Origin: Welwitschia mirabilis | Taxonomy: Eukaryota | DNA: 41,243 bases | Assembly: GCA_051453625.1 (NCBI GenBank) | Contig: JBOZIK010000001.1 | Coordinates: 43,590,126 to 43,631,368 of the forward strand | Direction of reading: 5' to 3' | In this document: positions 9,961 to 21,468 of the stretch, piece by piece | How the letters are laid out: the number at the start of each line of letters is the position of its first letter | How positions within the stretch are numbered: the stretch's first letter is position 1 | Notes under the pieces: model-generated | What the model was told of the DNA's origin: nothing | Database searches by the model: none | The model's input: the letters and a program-made list of their open reading frames with translations, nothing else | Position numbers and translations under genes: made by a program

Positions 9961-12671
9961 CTTATTTAAATTCTAAAAATTGTACCATTAAAGTTTTATT
10001 AGTTTACTCTTTTTACCTGCTATTGATTTTATCTAAAATGATTGCATATATTTTATATTTTATTAATTATTTCTATTTGTTTTGGCCCTTAGTTTTCTAA
10101 AAAATATAATACCTGAGTGCACCTTTTACATAACTAGTTAAACTTGTTAATATTTAGATCCTTATCTTTTAAAAAAAGTACATCTTAAAATGGATCACTT
10201 AAAACTTTCAATGTGAACACTTGTGAAATTCAAAAGTTAATGGATTAAAGGTTAAAAATCATTAAAATATTCATTGATTAAACCTTAAAAATGATAGATG
10301 CACTTGTCTTGGATTTTCTCTATTGCCATTATCTAAATTATTCTTTAGTCGATTCTTTTGGTAAACATCATACTATCACTTAAACATCTATAACTTGACT
10401 AATGTCTTAATTTATAAAGTTATTGATTAGTAGATATTTTACTTGGGAATTTTAAGTGATAAGATTGGATTCATCTAATATTTAGACATTCATATGACTA
10501 TGAACTTCATTTTTAAGGAAGATACCTTGGTTTTTTATTCTCTTTTAATGGTATGAGCAAATAGTTATTTTAGTATATTCTTCCTTATTATTTATCTCAT
10601 TAATTTAATTTTATTCTTATGAGTATTTAGTCATGTGAAATTTACTTCTAGACAAAAATAAAGAATTTAATAAATAGAAAATAAACAAAAACCGTGATCA
10701 TTCATATTATATGTTAGAACATGGTCTCCATGATATCCTATTGCAAGTGCACCAGAGCAAGTATTCCTAAGAGGGGCCTTTGGTAATATGATATGATAGC
10801 TATGGAAACTCCATTGGGTAATTAGTTGGCCATGCTGTGTGGGTCCTTAATCCTCTAATAGTGGTTGCATTCCCCTTATCATAATAGAATAAAATTATAC
10901 TTAGAGGCTATGAGATCAGTGATGTCCTTGGTATCATCAGAGGCATTACTTATTTTCTAGACTTATTTTATTTAATTAGTTATAGTAATTTCATATAATT
11001 ACTTTACTTTTTTGGATTTTATTATTGATTTTCTATGATAGCTTGTAGGTTCTTGTTTTAATAGCTTTTTATCTTATCATTCATTATTCGATAACATTAG
11101 ACATACTTGACATCATCATAATCATTACCTATTTGAGTGGAAATTTATGAATNNNNNNNNNNNNNNNNNNNNNNNNNNNNNNNNNNNNNNNNNNNNNNNN
11201 NNNNNNNNNNNNNNNNNNNNNNNNNNNNNNNNNNNNNNNNNNNNNNNNNNNNTTTAATAGCTTTTTATCTTATCATTTATTATTCGATAACATTAGACAT
11301 ACTTGACATCATCATAATCATTACCTATTTGAGTGGAAATTTATGAATTTTTACATTATGTCATGCATCATTCTCAGGTGATTTTATGATTTATACTAAA
11401 TGACTTTGTTAAGGTGGAATTTTGGATAGGTAAACAATCTTTTTCATGTTCCTAGTTGTCCATTCTTATTTTGTTTTTCTTATTTGTTTTTTTTGGAATT
11501 TTTAATATCATTCCTGTATCATTCTCCATATAATAATTAGAACATGATCATTTAGTAGCTTTCTAGTTGTATTTTTATTTTCACTTATAGTTTTTATGTA
11601 TAAGGATTATTTTTTCTATTTAGAACTTTAATTTAATGCCTTTCTTTAACTTTGTTTGCTTTGTTCCTTTGTTTTATGCTTATGTTTTTCTATTTCTTTA
11701 TTTTTGGTTTTACATACATCCACATACAAAATCTTGAATACTTGTTGAGTTTGGAATACATTTAAGAAGTTCTTTGAAGCATTAATTCCTTCTACTAAAT
11801 GCATTATTATGGTCTCATACGTTTTTTCCCATGGTCATGTTTTTCAAGATGATTCTTCACTTTTCATCTTCTTTTTGCTTTTCAACTATTTTTTGACTAT
11901 TTGCTTACTCTCGAGCTTTTTTGGACTTTTTCCAATCTATCTAAAAATCTCATTTGATCACCATCATCTCATGCCTATTTTCCTTGTGATAGATAGGATG
12001 ATAGTTATCCCTTTTACTTTTTGTTTACTCTGTGTAATCTAGAACATCTTGCTTCACCTATGTGAGGGTTTGTTGTTGGGGCCGGTGGGAGGGGGGTAAC
12101 CAAAAATTTATAATTTTAAATTTAAAACGATTATTTTAATCTTTTATAATACATACTTATAATTAGAATTTTGAATATGATTTCATGTTACTTGAATAAA
12201 TTTTATAGACTTTATTTAGTAGGATCACTATAGCATACTCACTGATTTTCTAGTACCTATGTTTCAAATCATCTAAAGAAAAATAATTTCTTTATTATTC
12301 TTTTACTTTTTTCTTGTAGAAAACATTAATGAATATTTTATACATCATTATTTGAAATTAATACTACTTAATGTTTACACATCAATTTCAGCATTACTTT
12401 CTTAAATTATGCTAACACATTATCATTTTCTGAGTTTCCATTATTACATTTTATGATTTGTTTATGTGTATGACATTCATTTATTCTATAGTGATGTGTT
12501 TAAGTGGAGGACTTATGAATGAAATAGTAACTATATCAGTTAATGGATTTTCATTGTCTATTCCTACATAATAAAGTTTAACTCAAAATCCATTTTTCTA
12601 GTTGATGATTATCTTAGTTAAATTCGCTCGCAATATAGTTGATCGCTTACTTTATTAGGGATTGATAAGGC

Positions 12672-12685
12672 TAAGTAGGAGGCAA
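12672..12685 (+). other. Polypurine tract preceding the 3' LTR
   Basis: (GATAAGGC)TAAGTAGGAGGCAA lies immediately before TGTTGTGATGC. The same motif precedes the LTRs at 2483, 15802 (-) and 24624 (-). Confidence 0.75.
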
Positions 12686-14032
12686 TGTTGTGATGCTAAT
12701 TTTTAGAAATTTGATAGTATATTTAGAGTACTTTTGTAGAACATTTATATAGGTTTAAATGTATTTCTGATAATTATGAAGATTTGATAAGATAATCATA
12801 GAAACATGTAATTCTTAGCATAATTAGAGGTATTTCAGCCATGTTTTAGTACTTAGTATGTTGGAGGAAAACTAGTGATGAAGAAGGCTGGTTTGCTTGA
12901 CCTAGGAAGCTTTGTAAGAATGTCATCCCCATTGTCATCTACATGATATATGGGATGATAGCACTATATTATCAGATTATGACAGCAACATGGACTAAAG
13001 CTTAGAGCTAACAAAGCCCTTTTCTAAGGAGATGTCATCACCATTATCATCCGCACGACATGAGAACCAAAACACATATATAGCCAACTGTGAATCTAAT
13101 TATAGAGCTAGAAGCTAATGATTTATCTACTATTACAAGACATTATCCCAAGTTTCATCCTCATAACATTCAAAGCAATAGTTGTTTTGCAAAAGCGAGA
13201 CTGAATTATCTTGTAACAAGGTCATGTATCCCACTTGGGCTACTAGGGTTTCTTTTCTAACTTTGAGGGTTACAATTCTATAACTTTCAATGTAAAAATA
13301 TAAATACCTCTCTTATCCTTACTTCCAATTCATCTTTTATATTGAATATGCTTGTAATAGAAGATGGAAAGACAAGGGGTCCATCCAATAGCTATAAAAA
13401 GTAGTTCTCTTGGTGTTAGGTTGAGTCTCATCCATTAAGGTGCTACTACTTTGTTGTAAGTGGATGTAAAGTTTTATGAACTAATACAATTACTCTTTTT
13501 ACTGTAATTATATTTATGTCCCTTATGCTTTAAGTTGGTTATAGTTTAAGTGACATTTATATAATTTATTTAGATATACAGGAAACCTTTATCAAGGTTG
13601 ATTTTATTAGTTTATATTTACTTTATTGTTTTATTTCCATTCCACATTTCATTCCATATTTTATTTTTTATATTTCATATTTCACATTGATTAGGAATAA
13701 GTAAATTATTCTTATTAATTAATTTGAATTATAGAGAAGATAGTTCTTATGTTAGGAGAATTAGGATTCAATTGAATCCATTCAACTTTTATTTGCATTT
13801 CATCTGCATTCACTTTACATTGCATTTACTTTGTTATTTACTTTTAGTTATTAAAAGATAAAAAGACTGAAAATGCCTTTGAAAATCAATTCTTTAACTT
13901 TGAACCTAGTGCCTTAGTTGGAATTATGACATTTGAATGAATTCCCATCTATACTAGCATGTGTTTCTACAAGTAATTTGATTTTCATATTTACGTAAAG
14001 GACTTCACGATTGCATAAATTCTACCACAATA
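12686..14032 (+). repeat. 3' LTR (family B)
   Basis: It starts TGTTGTGATGC and ends aaattctaccacaata, followed by the TSD GTATT. Confidence 0.88.
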
Positions 14033-14324
14033 GTATTCTACCTGTTAATATTAACTACAACTCTTATCATACAATCCATCAACTTAATATGTTAAATCAT
14101 GAAGAGAATGCTCACTATTATTTAGCACAACTTCAACACCTTCATGAAAAAAAATGAGTGTTATCCATAAATAATTCATCCAGCAAACCTAGATAAAATT
14201 TCATCATGATAAAAATCCTCTTCATAGATATTTTAAACCAAGTCAATTTGTCATTTTTTATAATAGTTGAATACATATTTTACATAAAACATTAACCTCT
14301 AAATGGCTTGATCCTCATTGTGTG
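14033..14324 (+). pseudogene. pol: Gypsy/Athila pol fragment 3: integrase C-terminus
   Basis: ILPVNINYNSYHTIHQLN..QLQHLHE..KFHHDK..FKPSQFVIFYNS*IHILHKTLTSKWLDPH, compared with Athila LPVELEH..WHDK..F.PGQ.VLLFNSRL.LFPGKL.SRWSGPF. Confidence 0.85.
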
Positions 14325-15802
14325 TGTCGTAGTGCTATTTTCGTAATTATTTACATCTCACTGAATCCTATTAATTAAAATAGATATATTACGAAATATG
14401 ACACCCTAGTATAGATGGTAGTGATCCAAATGTCATAAGCCTATTGAAGGTATGCGAGAGAAGAAGGAGGATTTATTTCCAAAGAAATACTATATACTAA
14501 CTTAAGAATCAATGCAAGAAAATAAATATGTAAGCAATGTAAATGCAAATCTATCCTAAATGAACATCTATCACATTAATAAATCAACTTGTCATGAATA
14601 TCAACCCTATATAACCTAAATCAGTCAAGGATACTATCATTAATTAAGACCAACTTAGGCTATCAAGGGAGTTGAATAAATGTAATAAAAAATGAATTTA
14701 AACTACTTTCATTAATCTTAATAAATATTATCATTAAGATCTATATCATTAATGAAACTATTACTAGATCAAAAATAACATAAGTAATAAGGGATGTTAA
14801 TAATATAAATGCATGAAAGAGAAAAAAAATTTGTTTTGATATTCAAACCAGCATTTGGGTTACAAAAAAGTAGGGCCTCAATGAAGGATGCATAGCTCTT
14901 TACAAAGGAGATGTCTTTTTGTAACTCACAAGATGGATCTTTTTCCCTTTGATCTTCTATCTTAAGAATATTTGGTGTAAATGAAGATTAATAAGAAGGT
15001 CAAGGAGCAAGAGAGGATGGGGGGATTATTTACATAACATAGAAATAAAACCATCACTCAAAATCTGCTAAGAAACATAATCCAATCTAAAAAAGAAAGA
15101 AATAAAATAGGTGTAAGCCAGCTGGCCATTTCAGGTATCATCCTAATCATCATAAGGATGACCAAGGGTATGATGGTACATCTATTATGATTTTTTATCC
15201 TTTATGTCATGGGAATGACATGGGGGATGATACCCTTACAAAAAAGGCCTCCATTAGTTCTAGCTCTAGTCCTTGTTAGCATTGTTGCGCCGCCAACTTA
15301 AGTGTATTTGATAGTATATTTTGAGTTGTTTTGCAGATAAACTAATAGATAAATGCTCANNNNNNNNNNNNNNNNNNNNNNNNNNNNNNNNNNNNNNNNN
15401 NNNNNNNNNNNNNNNNNNNNNNNNNNNNNNNNNNNNNNNNNNNNNNNNNNNNNNNNNNNTGTCATAGAAACTTATTATTTATCTATTAGTTTATCTACAA
15501 AACAACTAAAAATACCCTATCAAATATACTTAAGTTGGCATCGCAACAGGATGATAGTGGGGATGATAGTTCTCCTTCTCTTTTTAAATTTAGAAAAATT
15601 AGCTCTAACATCATTGATCTTCCTCTAAAGTACTGAGCATCAGAAAGTGCCTAAAATGCCTATGAATATGCTAAGAATTTCATATTTTAACGATCATTCA
15701 TTAACTCTTTATAATCTTTATATTTGCATCTAAATCTATATAAATGTCTTACAAAATAGCTCATAATACCACATTAAATACATATAATTTGGTAGTGCAT
15801 CA
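14325..15802 (-). repeat. 3' LTR (family A), interrupted at 15283-15548
   Basis: The reverse complement starts TGATGCACTACCAAATT and ends GCACTACGACA. It is colinear with 29990-31229. Confidence 0.8.
15283..15548. mobile_element. Two oppositely oriented 5' LTR ends of the young family seen at 1-658, separated by a 100-N gap
   Basis: TGTTGCGCCGCCAACTTAAGTG starts at 15283 (+) and ...CTTAAGTTGGCATCGCAACA ends at 15548 (-). The flanks AGCAT and GGATG do not match. Confidence 0.7.
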
Positions 15803-17999
15803 TAGCCCCTCACTTAGCCTTTATTAGTCCCTGATAAAACCAGGTGAAAAACTACAATTATGATCCAAATTGTCTTTAAAAAATCAATTTGAAAATTATA
15901 AGATAAGCTTATAAATAATCTCAAACATATCACATAGAAAAAATAACATGTAACACATCATGTGAATGAATTAAAAATTATAAAAATTATGTCTCATAAA
16001 AGCTCTAGTGTAAAAATTATGAAAAATAAGTCTTGAAAATGAGTCCTATCCTTCCCTAAGAAAAATAATACATCTAATATTGGTGAATGAAGTAAAGAAA
16101 TCAAATAAAAATAAGTATTTTAAAATGAGAAGATGAAAATTAGTGTTTCTATATTTTCAAAATTAATGAATTAAGTACAAAGATAAGTGTAGAAATGTTA
16201 GATTCAAAAAATAAAGATGTAGGAAATATTCTAATAAACATGGAAATAGTAAATAATGAAAATTGCTAATTGGGATGAAGCATACGTATGAGCATTTAAT
16301 AAATATGCCTTTATAAAAATGATTATTAATTTTTTTTAGAACTCTAAAAGACTGAAAACATATAACAGAAAATTTACAAAGAAACTCATCTAATTAAGAA
16401 ATCAACTCTTTAGATAAAACTAGGTAATAAAACCATTAAATGTTAAGGTCCTAACATTATAAGAAAATATGGAACTGAATTTAAAATAACTAACTGAATA
16501 ACCAAAAAAAAAAAAAAAAACCAATGGATATAAGAAACATAAAGAAGATAGCCTACCTATCCTAAATACTCTTGTAGAAGAAATCATAACATCACTTATT
16601 TTAAAAAATACATGACTAAATATGTAAAATTCCATTTGAGAAGGTAGTGGTTATGACAGTGCTAAAAAATAAATTCTTTAAATAATAAGTGATAAGATTA
16701 AAGAGTTGGTTAAAAATAAACTTACTTGCTTACAAATCAAAATAAACATCTAAATCCTCAGAATTAAAATGATCATGTGGAAAGACTAAGAGTCTACAAA
16801 ATAAGTAATACCTCTAATAATACCAAGAACACCACTAATCTTATATCGTCAAAGTTTTTATCATTTTAGCATCTATGATGAAGGAAGTGAAAACACAATT
16901 AGAGAAGTAAGAACCCACAAAGATAGCCAACTGACCTCTAGAAAGAGTTCCCATAGATACCATATTACACTACCAAAGTCCCTTCTCAAGAAAATTTGCC
17001 CTAGTGTACTTATAGCATGACATCATGGTAACCATGTTTTTAAGATATCTTAGATATAAAACATCATGGTCTTATTTTTTTGATTTTTCTTTTTAATGTA
17101 AAAGATAAATTCTAGATGATCAAATACTTCAAAATATGAAGGTAAAGTAATAAAGTAAAAGATAGAAAAAAACACCCTTAAATAATTTAAGATCTCTTCA
17201 TCATTAAGAAAAACATCAGAAACAAAGCATATTCTTTCAAATAAAGTTCATAGAATTATGAATGTCTTGAGATTAGATGAATCTAATCTTACCACTATAA
17301 AATGCCCAGGTACAAAGCCTATTCATGGAAAATAAATATATAAGTCATATTTGAAAGATGATCAAGTAATGTTATAATGCCCTTTAAAGGAATAAGCTAA
17401 GAGAAAATTTAGATAATGAGAGGGAAGAAGCTCTACTTATCGAGGGGAATCTTTAAGACTAGTTCTTATATAATTTTTATATCAGAATGTTGCTCATATA
17501 TTTTCAACCTTTGTCTATTAACTTTCTAAATTTTTTTAGTGGTTAAATCAAAATTCTCAATAGAGCCATTAGAATGTACTTTCTTAATAAGATAAGGACC
17601 TAATCATTTTGAGATTAATTTATTACTTAAAATAAAACTAAAAAACATAAGAGCAAAAAGAAAATACCAAATCAAACTAAAAACAAACTTTATTGAAATC
17701 CTAAAATATATTTAATACTTTTATTAGAAAAAAGAAAAAGAATGACTTGTTTCTAAGGCTATGATTTCTGGATATTGCATTCTTTCAAAAGAATAAGGAC
17801 CAAATCAAATATTCATTAATTAATAAAACATAAAAGATATACAATCATTTTTAAGTAAAAACAATTAAATGAAGAAAGACTAAATTATAAATCTTTAATA
17901 GAGAAAATTTTATACTTCAAATAAAAGACAAAGAAGTGATAAATGTAATTGATAAATAATCTATTATTGAAACATTATAAATTATGAGTAACATTATAA

Positions 18000-19800
18000 A
18001 ATTCATACAAGAAGGTACTCAAAGAAAGTATCCAAGAATATTTTGAGGGTTCTTTAGAATGTCTAATAAAACTAATAAGCTTTTCATCATTCAACTTAAC
18101 ATATAAATTTTTAATTAAAAATAAGGATCTTTCTGATTAACATGATCATATGATATTTTATCTTCATAAGATTTACTAGTAATATAAGATATAAAAAGTT
18201 TATATAACTTATGAACAAACAATCTCTTATCAAACTCATAATATAAATAAGTTGAAACATAAATTTCATTCAAAGTTTAATATTAAACATGCGACACATT
18301 AAGGGTATTATTTGGAATCCAAGGATTTATAAGAAACTTCTTAAGGTGAGTGGTTAAAATAGGATTAACATACATAAGAAGCTTTTTAGTATTTATTTTT
18401 AAGCGTGAATTTAGATCAAGAAGATAAGGTTTATCCCAGTCTAAAATTCCAAGATGTTCCAAGTCACACTTTTGACAAGAGTAATAATTAAAAGCATAAG
18501 GTATAGAGGAATTGATAGAAAAGGAAAGAATGATGCTTTAAGTATAACATAGATTTTTAAAAGGAAGAGAGTGAGAGATAGTAGAAATAGAGTTTTCAAA
18601 ATTATGAATTTTATGAAACTCAAGAGAAGGAAGGTGGGTTTAAGAATTACATAAAGATTCAAAAGGATGAAATGGAGAAATTTTATCATTATTAACATCA
18701 TAAGGTAATGTAGAGGTAGAATCAAAAGTGGGAGGAGGGATGTAATTTATGCATCAAGAAATAGATGAAAAGAATGTAGAAGTATGGGTAGAATGAATAA
18801 GTCTATCTTCTAATAAGTTTAAATGAATCTCTATAGATCTTTTACTATAGTCATTTTCTTCATTATTGTCTTTATCATATTTCATTAGATTGTTTTTTCA
18901 CTTTCCTTATTATTATTCATGACTATATCTTCCTTATTTTATAAAGTATGACTCTCATTCTCTAAGTTATTAGATTCATCAAAAATATTATTAAAAAGAT
19001 TATAGAAAAGAAATTTTTTATTGTCTTCATTATGTAATGGAAGATTTTTTAATGTTGACTCTTTTTCTTTTCTGTTAAATAACTTTATTAATTTTAAACT
19101 ATAATCCTTATTTTTAATTATTAAGTTTCTATTACTGACTATCATCTTAGACTATTGTCTAGACAATAGGAATGGACGACTCCTATTATGATGTAAATTC
19201 TTCACTGATNNNNNNNNNNNNNNNNNNNNNNNNNNNNNNNNNNNNNNNNNNNNNNNNNNNNNNNNNNNNNNNNNNNNNNNNNNNNNNNNNNNNNNNNNNN
19301 NNNNNNNNNTGAATGGACGACTCCTATTATGATGTAAATTCTTCACTGATTTTGTTTCATTTCTTAAATTCTCCCTTAATCTCATATGTTAAACTTCTTT
19401 TAAAGGTTTAACTTGTTTATCCTCATCACAAAGTAAGTAAAAACTAGGAATATGATCTAATATTTCAATATTAACATCATCTTCTTATTCATCATTCTCA
19501 TCATCTTATTATATCTTATTATTTTTTAGTTTATTAGATTCATTAGAAGGAGAAATGTAATCATTGTGGATTAAAGAATTTTTATAGTTTACATGAATGA
19601 ATTCTTTAGCTAGATTGTCTAGTAGTAAATGGATGCTAAGGATATAATCTAATACTTTAATATCATTATCTAATGAATGGTCATCCTTATCTTTATATTG
19701 AAAAATTAAGTTCAGTTAGTGTTATCTCCCCTTTTCTTATCTTCTAATGAGTAGGATGTTGAAGTTTGATTCAAAATTTCATCTTCTCATTTTAAAGCAA
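18000..19800 (-). pseudogene. Second copy of the decayed acidic ORF, with internal duplications
   Basis: ORF 18939-19145 contains NNIFDESNNLENE, matching DNLFDESNNLDNE in the + copy. LEHLGILDWDKPYLLD near 18420-18465 matches LEYFRILNLSKPYLLD at 9727. Confidence 0.45.
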
Positions 19801-20112
19801 GAATCATTATCTTTATTATTGAAAGATTAAGTCATAATTGAGTTCACTGTCACTCATTTGATTAATGAAATTATGTCATCATGATCTAAGCTAAAAATAC
19901 TTAATGATTTAAATGTATTACATGGAAATCATTAGATAACATTAAAATGAAGGATTTCTAGAGAATGAATTAATGAATATTAGAGCTAGGTTGCTTTTCT
20001 TCTTTCTAAAGTTGAATTCTCAACTAATACTTTTCTAAAATTTCTTTTCTCTTTTCTTTTCCTTAATTTATAACTNNNNNNNNNNNNNNNNNNNNNNNNN
20101 NNNNNNNNNNNN

Positions 20113-21468
20113 CAGATTGGAGTGTGAAATCATGTAATTAATCTAGTACTTTATTGTAATAAATCATTTATATTTGATACCTACAAATATCAATAAAACT
20201 TATACAAAATACACTAGTATATGGGAGTTAATCCAAATGTCATACTCTAGAGAGGAATTCTAAATACAAAGTTAGAAGATTCCTTTACTCCAAAAAGAAC
20301 AAAATTAAAATGATTTCCTATTCTAACTTTAGAATGATACGTTAACAAAAATTTAATAATGCAATTAATGAATGCAAGATGCAAAAATAGATGTAATATA
20401 AATTCAAATCTTAACTAAGTACACCAACTTATTAACATCCAAGTTGACCCTCATAATCTATATGAATTATAAATAATTGTCACTTAAATGAAGCTAACAT
20501 AAAGTATAAGAAATATTAAAAATAGTTTAAAAGAACACTTTAATCAATGTTTCATTAATTAAAATGTTCTCATCCTATTAAAAATGAAGAACTCCTTAAT
20601 AAAGAAGAAATAGCCCAATACCAAGGAATTTCTTTTTCTGTAAATAGGATGGATCCCTTATTTGATTGCTCTCCAAATCATCATAAGACTAATTGATGTA
20701 CTAAAAATCATAAATAAGGGATCTAAGTAGGGTATTTATGAATTTTAATTGATGATTAGAATTACTGAAGAGTTGTAATAAACCAAAAAACTATCATATT
20801 AATGATTTTATAGTCAATGGAGTCTATTTTACATTCATTAGGGATGTTACTCCCTTTGGTGTCATCTAAACAACTAGGTAGATGATAAGTGATCTTGATT
20901 TCTAATGGTTTTTTATTCTTTAGATGACTTCCTAGTGTGATATTTGAGTGTCATGCATTTAATATCATCTTTAGTGTCATCCAAACGACTAAGTGAATAA
21001 CCACTAGTAAAAAAAAAATGATGTTTTTAGATATTTATATTTTTTTATCATCCTTTGAGTATCATCCAAACAATCAAGTAAATGATAGCTATAGTAACAT
21101 ACTATAATTCTTTATCTTAGCTATCATTTAGACTATTAAATGAATGATAACTATAGTAACTACTATAGTGATCTTGTTACAGTAACTTACTATCATCTTT
21201 GCTATCATATTGGGTGTTATCGCAGTTGTGATCTAGATGATTAAGTGGACGATAGCTATAATATGTACTATAATAATTGCTATAGTAATCTTATTATAGT
21301 AACCTACTTAACTTTGCTATAGTAACTTACTCAATATGATGAATTTTTATTATTCAAATCATATCTACTCATTATATCTTAGCCCAAGATTATCATCTTA
21401 GGCTCTAAAACATTATAAGTAACTCCAAGAGCATCTAAATTGATTATATTAATCCCTGTTGAGCATCA
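20113..21468 (-). repeat. Diverged Gypsy-type LTR with internal degenerate repeats
   Basis: The reverse complement starts TGATGCTCAACAGGG at 21468. It shares the CACTAGTATA..GGGAGT..CCAAATGTCATA block with the other LTRs. Repeated ATCATCCAAAC and CTATAGTAAC motifs occur at 20850-21340. Confidence 0.6.

Larger units (their letters stand above)
6272..14032 (+). mobile_element. Complete non-autonomous Athila-like LTR element (~7.8 kb, LARD-like), TSD GTATT
   Basis: Paired LTRs lie at 6272-7602 and 12686-14032. GTATT is present at 6267-6271 and 14033-14037. There is a decayed PBS at 7603 and a PPT at 12672. The host integrase frame rejoins across the element (KIC|ILPV). No RT, RNase H or integrase-core motifs were seen internally. 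Confidence 0.88.
14325..20075 (-). mobile_element. Partial non-autonomous Athila-like element (3' LTR, PPT, internal region; 5' end lost at a gap)
   Basis: The 3' LTR spans 14325-15802 and the PPT spans 15803-15822 (rc AAAGGCTAAGTGAGGGGCTA). The internal region is the reverse-complement homologue of 659-2482 and of parts of ~8050-11500. Confidence 0.75.

Noticed and set aside
15283..15548. MITE or DNA transposon with terminal inverted repeats
   Set aside because: The apparent TIRs are LTR 5' ends (the same sequence as 570-658) and there is no TSD.
20850..21340. CRISPR-like repeat-spacer array
   Set aside because: The repeats are degenerate and irregularly spaced inside a eukaryotic LTR, and there are no cas genes.
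14325..21468. Pairing LTR 20113-21468 with LTR 14325-15802 as one complete element
   Set aside because: The two LTRs are visibly different subtypes, the flanks (GTGTG versus CTAGC) do not form a TSD, and a gap separates them.
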